61,247 bases of DNA, filler included, from Streblomastix strix (GCA_008636045.1; 2 parts of 2 records of this genome joined end to end with filler, not necessarily neighbours in it), one strand, 5' to 3'; shown: positions 40,801-56,739, counted from the first letter of the whole stretch. Numbers and translations: made by a program. Notes: generated from the sequence alone by a model not told the origin.

Positions 40801-42329
40801 AGTTTATCATTCCAATTGGAGTCATTATATACGATTCTGCCTACTACTAATATAGGTAGATAGAATGCTGCACATTTATAACTTCTTATGATGGGAAACT
40901 TAATAATCTATGTCGTGTTAGATCTTGGGCAATTGGATTTACCAATAACGCAGTAACTGCCATCGATATCATTCATTTTAATATCATTGCAGGTGTAAAT
41001 GTATTTCTGGTTAGCTTCTGGTAAGTATTAGCCAGGCTTAATTACGTTTTTAAATTTTCTACTATCGAAAAGTGGTCCATTACCATCGTCTGCGTTAGTT
41101 CGGCGTGAATTGACACTTTATTTGATTGTTCAATCTGTACTTTTGTAGATTCAAATATATTTCATCGTTCCTCAGCGGAATAATAGGCTGTTCATCTTGC
41201 GAGAAAATAGCGCGCAAAGGGAAATCACTTTATCAAGTGCCAAATCCATGTCGATTCATTAAATTTATCTACAAATTATTCTCATTACTTGAAATCGAGT
41301 ATATTTGTTAACATCAGAACTATCAAGCGTCAAAGAGCGACGAATTTGACTAAAAAATCATAAAAAACTCTATCAATGTTCCTAGCGCTTACAAGTATGT
41401 CTGTTTCCAAAATTGGGGCCGTTGACTTATGAATAAGGTCGGCTGCCAAATGCGATTTAACTGTAAAGTCCTTAAACTATGGTTTCGTCGTCACTTTTAT
41501 CCAAAGTTAAATTTTATCCGCGCTCTGATCAGCAAAGAATTCAACAGCTTCTACTGCTACATATTGCACATTCGTTGTTGTAGTAACCAGTTGCGAACTT
41601 GAGGTCTAATCGCTCTTCGATAGCACCTCATGGTCGGTCGAAAATAGTTCACTATATTGTGCACCCAGTTAGGTATTGGTTATGGGTGCAATTGGCTACT
41701 AAATATGAAGAGTTACTTTTAACTGCTAAGGTCGAAAAGTCTGTCTTTCGCTCCGATGATTTTTATTATCGTTTACTGATATTTAAAATAGCTGATCACA
41801 TTGATTAGTAGAGGTTCCAAGGGCAACGGTTCAAGTGGCTAAGTCTCATAATTAAAAAGTGGAAATTATGCTCTAAGAGATGATTTACATATGATATAAC
41901 CCACAGGAAGTGATGCTTTTAACCAATAAATTTAATAACGAATTCTATTTTCATAAAAATTGTTATATATCCAACTATAATTATACAAATTGTATAAAAT
42001 AATTTATCTTTATAAAAACTAATAACACTTTTTATTTAATTTTCGAAATATTTATCTTATCTTATAATTGAAATTAAATTTTGATATAATTAATTTCATT
42101 TCAATTATTTACATTTTAATATTAAATGTACATACAATTCTTGTTCTTAGTATTATTTCCTTATTAATTCAAAATATTTTTTTTTTATTTTATTTCATTT
42201 TGTATAAATTTATTCTAATAAATATATTAGTAATTAGTAAATCATATAGTTATCAAAAACAAACCAAAAGTTATTCAAATTAGTTACAATATAAGATTTA
42301 TATTTCTCTTTAATTTTTATTTTTCATAA

Positions 42330-42980
42330 TCAAATTCTCATCAATGACAGTTCCAAAAAAGTTTAATTTTATTAGAGGTTTACTAGGACATGGTCCAAAC
42401 AACTTATTAGATATTTTTTCTGATATAAAACTGGTATTAAATGATCTCCAGATCCTGTGTGTATATTTGAAGACGCATCGAATGATGAACCATTCCCGAA
42501 TCATCAGATTAATGGAATAATTAAGTATAAATAAAGAATTAAATATTTTATTATTTAAACATTTTTGTACAATATTCAATTTCATTTCATTTTATGTTAT
42601 CCTATTTCAATTATCAATAAAGATCATGAATATGTTGAAATAATTGATATTGAAGGTGGTATAATTCATGAGATGATAAAGGAATAATTTGTAAAATATG
42701 CATTTCGCGAGGCCTGAAAGGCAGCAGAAGGATTTTTTTCTGGATGATTTTAGGGATATAATCTTGATATAACGCCGTGATACTTTGACAAAAATGTATG
42801 ATATGCATGAAATCGAAGATAAATTGGTGTATGACAACAAATTTAATTATTTTAAACTCTACAATATTTTGGGCATGATCATTTCTTTGGGGGCGCGGAT
42901 AAGTCCAAAAAAACGCATTAAAGATAGATTACCCACGTTCGCACTTTTTTCATTTCAATTTTTAGTTATTATATATATAG
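42330..42980 (+). pseudogene. Unidentified decayed coding fragment
   Basis: MTVPKKFNFIRGLLGHGPNNLLDIF...DHEYVEIIDIEGGIIHEMI... with a probable intron, a frameshift and a TGA. Confidence 0.3.
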
Positions 42981-44399
42981 TTATCAAACATCATATTAAA
43001 CTGATCATTATATTTATCGCAATATTCAAGCCTTAAATACATAAAATTCGATTATTGCTCCATTAAATATGAATAAATGTTATTAAAATTGTAAACTTCT
43101 TTTTAAATTTTCAATTTTACTATTATAACTGATTTTTACAAAACTCCAAAACCGCTGTTACTTCAATAAATTATTTCTATTCTTTTTGCAAAAAGATTCT
43201 TTCTTAATTCACTTTATACTAAATAAATATGCTACTTTTTTATTTGACAATCAAAAATTATATTCATTTATTCAAATAATTATTATAATTTTTTATATTA
43301 TTTTCTGATGAATATTTGAAAAAAAATTTTCATTTCTATCTTGCGGCATTTGTAGTAATAATTATTATAAAATATTATTGTATTATTAATATTACAATTT
43401 ACGGTTTTAATTAATTAAAGTTTGAACCTTGAAATTTTATATGTATTCCTTATATTTATATTAAATTCCAAATTTACATTTTCTAATCGGGAAATGTATA
43501 TTAATCAGAAACACATCAATATTTTATACAATTCCGAAATATTATTTGAAATTCAACCAACATAGACATATAATTGACAGTTATTTATGTCTACTTGAAT
43601 AATAAACCATGTGATGCAAGTTTTAACTTCCGAAAATGAAGTATCATCATGAATCTTTAAAAAAAATTTCCTTCATATAATTTTTATGTAGGCTTTTTCA
43701 TAGATATTCTTGTATGCAACTAGAAATAATTCTCATTTCGAATAATAATATCATTGTTGCTTCATTTTTTAAATATTTATTTATCAAACTTTTTTGAAAT
43801 AGAACCTCTTATTTCACTATTATTAATAAAATAAAATGTAGTATAATACAAATTAAATGTTTAATAATTTATTAAAACTTAGTAAATAAATATTTAATCA
43901 AGAATTTTTTTAGATTTTATCTGGTTTTGTGAATATTTTGTCTTATACTATCATTTAAAAGATCACCATTCGCCTATTGTAAATTGATTATTCTAGCACA
44001 ATATTATATATCATCATTTGTATTATTTAAGATATGCCATTTTGTAAAATTTCAACTCAATGCTTTATTCAAAATTTAATAAAAATTTATAAATAAGTTA
44101 ATAATTCAGGAACCTCTGCAAATCAAAAAAGTAGTAAAATTGATGAATGTAATGAATAGAAGAAAAATTGAATTAAAATGATTAAAATATTATGTTTTAA
44201 TAAACAAGAAAATCGATTCAAAAACATATTTTGTGGAAATTGAATTTTTAATAACATTTATGAAATAATTGTATTTGCAAGGCAGGAACTATAAGGGAAT
44301 TTTTAGTTTTGAATTGGAAATAATTGTAAATGAATAGAAAAAGATACTATAAAAACTTTATTAAATATTCATTGAAAAACTTTATCAACATTTGCATAT

Positions 44400-47090
44400 T
44401 TGATATTTAAGAAGGATTTATAATGATTTGTCAAAATTTAAACATATAATATTTGTAAATAGCAGTTCAAATGTTTGGGTGATGAAAACCCAAAAAATTA
44501 GTTTTTCTATCGAATTAGGCGTGCCCCTGATGTATTCCTTAAAAAAAAGCTGTTTCGCAAAATATGACCAAACAAAAAATGTAAATTGCCTCCGATGTCA
44601 CCAGTGAGTGCCGCATTAACAGTAACGCCTAGTGATTTTTATAAATAATGCTGTAGAAATTCAATTTTTAACGTCAATGCAAAAACATAAGCATTGGCAT
44701 ATGAATATGTAGGAAAATTTTCATAATTTGGAAGCAAAACAACGAATATAGATGAAAAATTAACTATTCCAAATGTTTTGCCTAATAAAAAAATTATTAT
44801 TGATTGATATTTTAAAAATAATTGTATATTAACAAAAAAATATAAATGGATATAGAATTTAATTCAAATTAAAAACATGATTTAGAAAAAAAAAGTATAG
44901 ATCTTAAAAGATTAGAAAAATTTTTTCCAAAGTTTGAATATGGAAAATATATTTATTTATTTATAAAAATTATTGTTCTTTTTTATTTTATGTAATTATA
45001 AAGTCATTTTAATTCAAGTTGGATAAGAGAGGAAGAATTTTATTAACATAAATTTGATACATGAATATACAAATTTGCATAGCTAGGATCTTATGAAATT
45101 TATTGTATTTTGGGTACAAGACATCATAACGCAACAGGAGGCGTGTGCGTTTTTGAACCAGTACATCTATAATGAATAGAAATATTGAGAACTCAACGAG
45201 TTTTAATAATTCATTGCGACTCAATTGGAAAAGAATCGGAAAGATTGAATTTTTTGATTACGAAAAATAATGAAAAAATTGATATCAAAAGAAAAATTTT
45301 GCTATAAAATTGGTGAAAATCATACATTGGACAGTAGTTCAAAAGTTCAATTAATGGAAAATTCCGAGCTTTATCTTATTGATTGATAGAATTTCTGAAA
45401 GTAAGCAGTTATCGGAGTTTGGACATTTTTCTTCTTTTTCTTTGTATGGATCCAAGAAAATTATAGGTGAATACTATATTAATTGAAAATCAAAAAGATT
45501 AAATGAAATTGGATTATGGGCTGCCATGCATGACAATTCCGATGATATATCTATTATGGAATAATTAGTTAATGTGGTTCGATATCTTGATGGAAATCTA
45601 AATGTTCAAACAAATTTTATCAAAATAAGTGACTTCTGTCCTAAAGAAACAAAAGATAATAATTTGACTAAGATATTCTCAATAATCGGAAAAAATATTA
45701 ACCTTAAACTAAGTAACTAAATTTCAATTACATCTAATTCAGATTCTTTTTTCGTAGGAATTTTGAATAGAATGATTAAATAACTTCAACTCAAATTTCC
45801 ACAAATTTTGCCAATTAAATGCTATAATCATCTTAATCAAACAGCATTAAAGGATTTTATTGAGGATTCAGTTAATTAAACAGTATTAGAAGTTATAGTT
45901 ACAGTTACTGAGTTATACAAATATTGTCATAACAGTCATAAAGGATTAAAAGATCTAAAATATTCATGCCTGAAACCGAGATTTTAGACGATAAAATTGC
46001 AATTACATCCTATAACAAGATCAAATTCGCATTATAAAGTTGTCAGTTCAACCCTATTCTATGTTCCAACAATCTTTGATCTTATGAAGCATTAATCTCG
46101 CAAAGATTCAGCATCAAAATCTATTTTTACAAACATTTCCAAGAAATCTTTCCCCATTAGACTATAAATCTCAAAATTTTTATAAGAGATATTCATCATA
46201 TGGCAAGCTACTTCCAAAAATATGGACTCGAATTTGGTGAAGCATTTCCTAATATTTGAATATTAACGGAAAATCTATTTCTAATGGTAAATGAGAACAA
46301 AATTTCAAATAAAATTAGAATTAATTGGGAATATTTTGAAGAAAATTGTGATTAATTTAATGAAAACGGTGATTTGCAAGTTAATATCTGGTCAGAACCA
46401 CATATATAATTCCTGTTTAACAGTTTGATAAATATATTTTTTTAAAAAAAATTTTATCAGCACTCATCATTAATCCAATTAAAATACCAAAAGATAAAAA
46501 TATACGAATTCAAAATGCATAAAATGAAATTAAACTATTGAATTTTTTAATATGGGAATACAGAAAATGAAACTAATAGCTTAAAATAATAGCAATTTGC
46601 AAAAAAAAATGATTTATGGCTTCAAAATATATGTTATAACTTGAACATTTAAAATAGTTTTTTAAATAAAAGTATATTAAAATCGACATTTCGTTAAAAA
46701 GTTAGCAAAAATTTGTCCCACACTCTCGCTTTCAAATGCAACAGCCGAAAGAATTTTCAATACTATGAAACGGAATAAATATCCCACAAGAAACCATATT
46801 TCATATTCGATGCTAAACTAGTTGCTTTCAATCGTAACAAATTTGGAAGAGGAAATTTAGAATGACGATGCAGAGTTAATATCAGAAGCCTGGTTAGGTG
46901 AGCTTCGCAAATTTTTGGAGTCTAAACTTCAACTTTTGGAAGGGTATAATAATGAATTTGATGGAAGAGTAAAATGATTTCATAGAAAGTTTAATGTAAA
47001 AGAATTCATAGCAGTTGCCGAAGCCAGAATGATAATTTACCTTGAATAAGCATTTAAGAAATTTATACAATATAAGGTTTTGAATATATT
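44400..47090 (+). pseudogene. hAT-superfamily transposase relic
   Basis: WAAMHDNSDDISIMEQLVNVVRY (first catalytic Asp region), PQILPIKCYNHL (CxxH), ITRSNSH (TRW.S-like), C-terminal dimerisation motif TLSLSNATAERIFNTMKRNKYPTRNHI. Confidence 0.8.
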
Positions 47091-47199
47091 TTAATTTATT
47101 TATAATTATTTGAATTTATAATTATTCAAATAAAAACCAAATAAAATCATTTTTCAATTCTTAAGAATTTATATTTAATTGATAACTGTAACCAAAATA

Positions 47200-49720
47200 A
47201 GCCTATCAAAGATCATAAAATGAGTAATATGTATCAATATCATTATTAGGATTCTCATTGATGAATTATCATCTTCGAATCTTCTTGTTAGATCAGCTGT
47301 TACATTATCTCTTTAGATAACGTGACTTTCTTTTTCTTCTTCTTCCTCTGACTGCTCGATTTCTAATTTCTATTCCATACTGTATTTTGTAGAACGAATT
47401 TATCTGCATTCAGTATTTCATTCAAATTGGTATCATAACTGTAAATACTCGATGATTCAAAATCACCATTACGGTATGTATCCATAAGAATATGCGCTTA
47501 TTTACAAGACAATTTTGCATACATCGGTTACAGCATATTCAGTTTTAATAGCATGATCGAGATTTCTGCTCATATTCAATAATCTAATTCAAATATGGAT
47601 ATATCATATTAAAGTTAAAAAGTGAACTCGTCATATTTTCGAAGAAGTCTCTTATTCCTTATTTAGTACTTTCACGGAACTCATCTGCTTATTCCATCTT
47701 CGTATTGAATGTAGGTGAATTCATTCCATTCTAATTCCTTTTATCAGATCCTTCCGAGTATTAGATATCATACTTTAATATATAGTAAAGCTCAAATTTC
47801 AGTGGATGACTTAAATTTGATTGTAACGCTAATATGCATATGGATTGAGCTTTGATCCAATTCTTCATATACCGAATCAATAAATTTCCATATTAGAATT
47901 GTAGTTAAGTATTTCTCTTTTGGCTTTTTAATCCTCTTATTTAAACATAGTCTGCACAATCAAAGGATCATTCTTCTCGAGTTTTATTTTGAGTAATAAG
48001 AATCTAAGCAAAGGTTATATAGAATTTTGATCTTTGATTTTAGGGAATTGAATTGTTGGAGTTTATTTTGTTTGATTATCTTTAATTGTATTAATAAATT
48101 TAATTATTTATATTATTATTAATTATTTCCATTTTTTCATTATTATTAAGTATCATTATTATTCTCAGTTTTAGGTTTCAATCCTTAAATTTTAATCAGT
48201 GACTATCCATCATTTATTAATAGTTATCTTCTATTATCAATAAAACTCATAATTAAATAAAGTATTATTCAAAGTCTTTCTTCTAAATACAGTACTCGAT
48301 ATCAAGATTAATATCTATGGAACAAATGAATATGTAGCATCTTCAACAGCCTATTCAATCTCATCACATAATCTCTCACTAAAAAATACTAGCCATGGAA
48401 TTGCTAATAAGTACTTTTATGCAAATAAATAATTTGGAACATAGGTGAATATTAAAATCATTAAAACCATTGACAGCAGTATTGTAATAAGTCCACGCCA
48501 GAATTGCCTTGAATAGAGAAATCGCATTATCTATAAAATAATCAAATTGAATAGAAGTAGAAATGTTTCATTTTTTTTCGATTTGTTGAATATTCATAGG
48601 TTCTTAGGATTGAGATTAAATATGTATAAAAAATTGATGATTCAATATACAAATAAAACAAGAAGCATTATTATAGATAAGAGGAATGGCACTATCTGAT
48701 ATGCTTTTGTTATACATTTCAATGCGATATATGCAAGACAAATAACTGTTTTAATGTTTTATTTATCTTCTCCATAACTTATTTCTGAATAGCAATCAAA
48801 AGTGATGTTTGCAGTTGAAACAATTGGAACGAATAATAAGTCGATTACGAGTGTTTCAAGCTACATCATTAAACATACTACCGATTGCTATGTTCTCATT
48901 TTTTCTTTATACTGAAATAATCAAATTGAATAAAGTTCATTATATGAATATTAAACATGAAAATGTAAATTTATAAAAAATAAATTTAAATTCGAACAAA
49001 CATAAGAAAGAGTAGTTTACTCTCAGGTCTCAAGGTAAATAAGGAAAAATGCAAGCATTGAAGTATAATTAAGTTCAAAAAACCAAAATATTTGTAATAT
49101 GCTCGAATGGATATGCTTCTCAAGGGGATATAGATGAAAGGAAAATTATACTGAATTTCAAATCCAATCCAGATTTAGTTTAAACCATATAATTGTTTCA
49201 TTCTTTGAAATTTCTGAATATATTAATATATTTAATAGGCCTATAAAAATTCGTCAAATTTATTTCAGATGATAGACGATGTCGTCTAAGTTATTTTTAC
49301 TTTTGACGAATCAATCATTCGACACAATTCTCGTTTACGATAAGCAGTTTAATTTGATGAGTAGATGCGATTACAATCTTTGAAAAGCCAGAGCAAATAG
49401 TATTGATCTTGGATGATATGATGTATTTGATCCTACTAAACCAGGAATGTATATTGCACTTATTTTCAGATGAGGAATAGGTGCACAAATATCTTCAACA
49501 TAGTCTTTTGCTAATTCAACAAGTTTATATGGAAATAATAGTTTATTACTTCTAATTTATTTTGAATAAAATTTTTCATATTCATTCTTTTTAAGTGAAT
49601 TTTCTTGTTTCAGAGTTGGAACTGTAACAATAAATGTTGCCCTTTCTGACCTTTCTTAGCAACTGCTATAATTCGATATTTCTACATCATCTGTAACATT
49701 TTTCTCATCTTTTACAATAA
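47200..49720 (-). pseudogene. Multi-pass membrane protein, decayed (possibly TmcB-like)
   Basis: Serial hydrophobic helices (LVIDLLFVPIVSTANITFDC; FWRGLITILLSMVLMILIFTYVPNY; LLAIPWLVFF), introns and many TGA. Family assignment is tentative. Confidence 0.45.
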
Positions 49721-52700
49721 ATAAACAATTAATCAATTTATATAAAAAATTTTAATGATATAATAAATTTCATTTTTAAAATATAATGTAGTTATTGACC
49801 AATGTGATATTTAGATAAAAATAAAATATATAAATTTTTTAAATAAACATTAAACATATAAGTACAATATTATTATTCAGCTGAATTTTAACAAATTTTA
49901 TTTGGAAAATAAAATTATCTTTTGTGAATTTAAATGAAATTTAAATATTTTCAATGGAAAAATTTGGATGATTATAAATTTAAATATTATTCTATAAAAA
50001 ATCAAAAAGTTAATTTGAAGAATTATTTAATTGTTCACGTATTTAATTGTTTTTTCAAAAAAATAATAATTATTTAATTCAAATTTAATAATTATTATTG
50101 GAATGATTAATATATTATTTATATAGTATTTATTAAACAAATTAATGATAAAATCAAAAAAAAATATTTTGATTAGCGACCAGAATCAATAAAACTATAT
50201 TTTTCAGATTTCTACCATCTTCATGTTGAATTGACTTTTCAAATGTATTTAATTTTAAAGAAAATACTAATTGCGATATAAATATCAAATAGTACTTAAA
50301 AACTATAATTTGCAACTTTCAATATTTAACGGAGGAAACTTCCTATCACAATTTAATTGAATGACGAGACATACAAATTTTGCAACACTTGTTCAGAAAT
50401 TTATATTCATAAATTTGAATATATGCTTAAAAATGTACATTCTGAGTGAATAATTTTTTTGAATTAATTGATATTGTTCTTACAAGAAAAATAAATTTAT
50501 CCTTTTTTTCACTTAAGTTTCAAACTGATCTAAACAGTATGATTTTATTTTTGTATCATATTTAAATTTATATATCATCAATATATTTTAATTTTAAAAT
50601 TGTTAAAAAATCAACATTTAGTTGCTGGCAAGAAATAAATCATTTGATGTTTCAGTCAAAACTTAATTGGAATCAAGGAACCGTCAATCGGAGAAATTGT
50701 TACGGCCCAATTAAATTGCAGTTTTCTATTGGTAATCACAATAAAATTAAATATTTTCATATTATACTAAAGAATAATTCAAATATAAACCAAATTTATC
50801 CATAGTAACATACAAATTAGTTTTCAATACTTGAATTAAACGATTTCTTTCATTTTCTTGAAAAAATCTTAATCTTCCTAATTTAACAAAATTTATCTCA
50901 AATATGAGTAATAATATATTTAACTTGAATTATAAATATAAATTTATTATCAAACAATACCAATTAGTTTTCTCAATAAAAAAAGCTAATCAATTATTTT
51001 AATATTGATTTTTTAACATTTTGTCCGATTCCTCACATGAAGATTGAGCACGACGGACGAAGTTGACGAATTTTAACAACACTAATATTTAATATAAAAA
51101 TAATTAATAAAAATTAATATTGATTGAAGAATAAATAATAAATTTGAAATAAAAATTTAGCTATTGAATCAACAAAATTGTATTGGTTATAATCTCAACT
51201 AGATATTATACGCAACAATTTACTGAATAAGATGTATTTATGCTATTCTTTACTTTCTTTTGTTCAGCACTTCTCGCATGTAGAGCTATGAAATCTGACC
51301 TATTTTTCGATTTCCTTTATTAAGTGATGGATTCAGCTAGAGCAAAACCTGATATTCCTGTCGATGTGATCTTTCCTAGAAAAAGCAATCAAAAAAGTTT
51401 CTGATGGAAAGAACAGTATTGGTTATGTATTCATGTCAAACCAACTTTTATGAATCAAAGATTAATTTGTTGCAATATCCGTTGACTCTGCTAAATTCTT
51501 GGATAGAAAATAACAGCAGCAGTTGGATATCTACCGTTCAATTACTCAAACCCAATGCTACTTCCTGCTTCAAAGGATCTGAGACCAGGGTGAATTTTTT
51601 GTAATTCGGTAAAGATATATTTATCTTATTACACTAAAATAATTTTCATATCATTTCAATTACAACAGACACACTTCGTCATTAACTTGAATCATACGAT
51701 ATAAAATATTTTAACAATATTGAGAAAATAATTATTGAAATGCCTATTCCATTTGGAGCGTCCTGCACTGCTCACGTAATGTCTAGAGCATTCACTGAAG
51801 ACACTTATTTGGGTAACCCATACATTGAAAATTTTCATCCTTTGAATAATTCTATAATTACATGTATTTCAACAATCCTACAGAGTCTTAATTCCTCGTA
51901 TCTTTAAATAATAATAACTAAATAAATTAAGATCAAAATTACTATTATCAAAAATATTTGTAACAGTAATCCATAAAACAAACTTAAAAATCACTATAAA
52001 TTTTATTATAATGATACTAAAATATTTAAATTGAAAATGAAACTATATTAAATTATGAGATTCTTTCTTTAAAGAACTAAGAGAAAAAATATGAATAAAG
52101 CTAATATTAAATTTAACAACAGAGTCACACTTCCTCAATGCAACAAACATCCCTTCTCATTCAACATGTCTTTCCTCTTCTAATTCAATTACTTAATAAA
52201 GTACAAATTCAAACAATTCAATCTATTCATAATAATAAATTGAGTATCTTGATCCTTAAAGCGTAAAAATGCACCAAAAAGTTGATAAATCTGACTAATA
52301 AACTAACGAAAATATCAATTTAAATTATTATCACAAACAAAAAAAAATTTAATCATAGAATTAACTTTTTTAACTAAATGGACAGACAATACAAGCAATA
52401 TTTCAAACAAACTTTCTGGAAAAGGATCAAAACTAATCAATTTCATCTCTTTCATAACACACATTATAATCATTTTTTTCCTCTCCTTTATCATCATCTT
52501 CCACATCTTCATTATTTTCACTTGACTCCTTTCTTTCAAAGTAGCCTCCATATGATTTATTAAACAATTGACTCTTGTCAAATGAAATATCTTTTTATAG
52601 GCGTATTAAAATCAAAAAGGAAAGGAGGACTATCTTAAAGTTCTATAATCTTATGATTTTATATATCCAAAAATGGGCGAATTTGCACCTCATATTTTGG

Positions 52701-52899
52701 GATGTTTTGCATCCGAAGCAGCATGTGAGCGAGTATTTGCTTCGTTACACAGAATCGGATGCTGCCATAAATGAAGAATGGCTGTTGGAATGATGGTTTT
52801 TACTCATGTCGCTATTTCAAACTGTGATATTGCCAATAATCCTACATTGGCAATTGAGAAGTAAATATATTATATCCAACAACTTCACCTTTATCGAGT

Positions 52900-54560
52900 G
52901 AATACCATTAATATTTTGAAGTGTTTCTTATGCCCATTCTCCAAACAGTGTTTACAATGCGGTGGCCATTTAAAAAACTGCAAAAGAAAGGATATAGCGC
53001 AGGACCAATTAAACCAACCGACGATCGCCATGCAGAGACTCATACTAGACACCGAATTATGCGAACTTAGTACCGCAAGACCCACTGCAAGTCGCTGTAC
53101 AGCCGCAACCTACGTTTCTGAACGCGTTCCGCCAGAACTTGGAGATAGATCCACTGGAAACTGACTATACAATAGCAACACCAGAAGAGGTTCCGCTGAA
53201 CGCGATAACAGCTGTACGAGTGCTCTTGGCTGGACTTTCAAAACAGGAAACGTCTCAGATCGATTTTTACGAAGAAGAACCATCAGAAGAGCAAGGTATA
53301 GAAGCTGGACAACGCGCATGAGCAGCGACGGACTTGCTTATGCTCAGGAAACTACCGAAACATAATAATCCACTAGCACAACCGATGCTCGCATTTGACC
53401 AAGTTCACGCAGATCTGGAAACGAAACTGCTGCAACAGTACAGACAGCTACAATAAACACTGACATAGATCGTAAAACTAGAGTGCCTAGCAACTCTGAT
53501 ATTCAATTAGTGCATGTTCATAAGCATATACGACATGACTTACAAATTTAACAAAACACGATCGCTGATGGACATGACTGAACAAAGGAACCTAATGAAA
53601 ACGCAACCGTCTTAAGTAATAGGTCTAGGGTATATTAATTAGATGTTGAAATCGTTCCGAGCACTGTCCCAAACTGAATGAGTGCATCCAGCTTCTGTAG
53701 ACACGCTATTGAAGGGAACTGTAGGATTCGTAGGAGAACTGGACTAGGAACTGAAGAAGCTGACCGCGCAATTAGTAATAGACATGATTGAGAGCAAGCC
53801 AGAGATAATGCCACCAGAATGAGATCATGATCTTGCTAGAAACCCGACGCTAGAAACCCAGCTGGAAGCGCTTTTATCACTGTTAAGTTAATTACAGCAA
53901 TAGAGCCTGAATCCATACGCACCACTAAATCCCTTTTATAATCAACTCCTTCAACAATAGGTAAATGGATAATAACTATTGCAAAACTCCTTCCAATACT
54001 CTGGATAGCCAATGCAATCCCCGATTTAACCAATTCAACTCCCAGTTATCCTACCATTGAATCCATTTTACCAACGATGAACTCACTATAAACAATAAGC
54101 GATTCCCGACTACCAAATAACAAAAACGTAAGAGATTAACAAAACCAGATTCAACGCATTTACCACGTCGACCAAACTGCAACACAAACAGTTGAGTGAC
54201 CGCTACAGAGTGCAACAACAACAAGAAGTGTACATAATCTATTGATTCCACTAATTCGAGTATAACCACATCAACAACCTACAAAGATAATACTACTACC
54301 CCTTGCAACTGAAAGACACTAACAACAGAGACGGAGTTATAGATCAATATCACCAATACACAACAAAGCCGACGGATCTGAAGACGATAATTTTCTGGAT
54401 GAAATAATACCTGGAATAGCAATGCCACATTTACCACTACACAAAACTGACATAGAAACAGCACAAAGAACGTGGTAAAATAGAAGGTATGATTTACTAA
54501 GAGATCCTAATGTAATCATACAAAAGAACTAGAAATGGGATATCAAGCTGTTAACACAGA
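52900..54560 (+). pseudogene. DIRS ORF1 (gag-like)
   Basis: Located after the left repeat. Cys-rich start KCFLCPFSKQCLQCGGH; EIDPLETDYTIATPEEVP...LETKLLQQYRQLQ; Q/T-rich tail. Confidence 0.5.
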
Positions 54561-56739
54561 AGCCTTTCACATTTAGAGACTAAGGAGAGTTCTGGTCATA
54601 TGCAGACTTATCATTGGATTAGATCAATATACCACACTATCTGTCAAAGGAATATAAATCCCAAACCCCTCATGATAAGTGAAGTAGAAGCGAATCGATT
54701 AGAATATTTGAAAGGGAGAAGGAATATGCAATAGATAATGGGAAAAGAAGGAAAAAGAAGAGATTATACGAAGCAGTCATGGATGCAAAAGTTAAAAAAG
54801 AAACATTGTAGAAGTAATTGCAGCAGTAGTAGCAGTTTTAGTGACAGCATCAGTTAGCAAATACAATATGATTGGACAGGGAAAGGAAACATGGTAGCTC
54901 CATGAACAGATGGAGACGAGGACAGATTAGAAGATGATGAACGCCACAGATAAATAGAGAAAGAGAGATAGATTGAATTCGATAGAAAACACTAGGCTAA
55001 GAACCAATAACAATCCTAACCACAATAATCGCAAATGTAAAAGGATACATAAGCAAATGAAAACTAGACATAAAGGCGTTCTGAGTTAAAAAATACCATT
55101 TCACTCATACAACCTGACTATAATACTCAAGCAAACATATATATCGACTTCAATTATATACGTCTATAACGCAGTACACCTCACAAATTTCTTTCACCTC
55201 ACCTTCAACTACACACACCATCACCCACACTGGAAGAAACATTAGCCATATTAAGAAAAATTTCTACCGAAGACCCACGAAGATACAAGAAAAAAGAACC
55301 CGATCGAAACCAACCGAAACTACATCAAAATTGCAGGACTAATGGATGTAGTTGAAAGGTTACACGAAATAATGAAGCTAATAATCGAAGAAGAAAAGAA
55401 GAAACCCAAAATTATTTTACCAGGATAATACAAGCAATAACTGAACAAAGACGGTCCTGCATTTCATCCATCTAAAAACTATCGCCAAGCTCCAAAACCC
55501 AGACCTTAAGACCTGAATCTCTCAGAAGAACAGTGGGAGTAATTTGATGGGGACGTACGCTAAGGCGTAGTCCCCTTTTGTCTTAGACTAACCGATAATC
55601 TTGAAATTATGGCGAATTTACCAAGGGGATCATACATCCCAGAATTACTAAACATCAGTGATGGAGTGGCTGGATTCGTTAACATACACCATCAAATATA
55701 CTAATCGATACCAGAATCAGTAATTGGTTTAATCATGGTCGTGGCACAACAAATTTTTTATTCGGAAACTGAAATTAAAGACCAAGAACAATTAACAATT
55801 GAATTAGGAAGAATCGTAGCTGATGGAACAGAGGACAATGTAGATGATTACCAATCTGAGCATGCAATCGAACCCTAGCATTTCATTAATTGAAACAATG
55901 GACTCAAAACAAATTATAGTGGAACGCAGTTACAGGCCACTGTTAACTGAAAAGCGAATCCCGAGATTAATATCTCAAAAATATCCGCCTACTCTCAATC
56001 TCATAATGTAAACAGATCTGATGGACTCGGAGGAAACGGTTGCAATACGCAGTTACATGCAGCAATCAACGAAAATGAATATTCAAACCATCATGCAATC
56101 GAAACCACTGACAATAAGAACAATAATGAATAAGCTTATGCTTATAGAACATGAGGATAATAAAACTATTAAGGATCCAACAATGAAATTAAACTTGAAC
56201 AAGATAATGGAAATACAAAACTAAGATAAATAAGATCACCCCACACAACCCATTCCGAATAAGAATTAGTAAATCCAAATATTTCATTACCCAAAGACCA
56301 ACCTCCTCTAATCACCACGTCTCCAGAATTAGGCTAAGTTTTTGAGAAAGTTGTAGTTCCCAAGTAAAGGATGCAACCAACCAACGATCATGATACTAGA
56401 AGTAAAACAGGTTAACCAAAGTCCTTACCCAATAAACCCTTAGGGAATCCCGAAGCTAAAGCCAACTCTGACTCTCCCAACTACTTCATACCCCGAAGGA
56501 GCTGAGAAAAAAGGCATGTGTAGCCCCCAATTATTGAAGTCAAGTCCGCAAAACACTCCAAAGGCAACAAGTACAGTGCAAGATCCAAAAGATAAAAATA
56601 AATATTCATCTACGGAAATCAGATAGAAATAGTGCTCAATTCCGGGACTGACTAGATAGATTAGTTGAATGGATTATGAAGGAAAGGAGGAAGTAACGGA
56701 GGGCAGAGATCATTTAAACCGTGAAATTTACAATGATGA

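Larger units (their letters stand above)
33812..41852 (-). mobile_element. Near full-length decayed DIRS-type retrotransposon (copy B), ~8 kb
   Basis: Inverted repeats at 33812-33857 and 41807-41852 (39/46 identical). Gag-like Q/P-rich region, RT, RNase H, MT-like domain and YR in order on the minus strand. Confidence 0.85.

Noticed and set aside
43100..47200. hAT terminal inverted repeats and 8-bp TSD
   Set aside because: Could not be identified by eye in the AT-rich flanks, so only the transposase relic is called.
51200..51900. Slightly GC-richer, coding-like stretch
   Set aside because: Multiple TGAs and no recognisable motif; no call can be supported.
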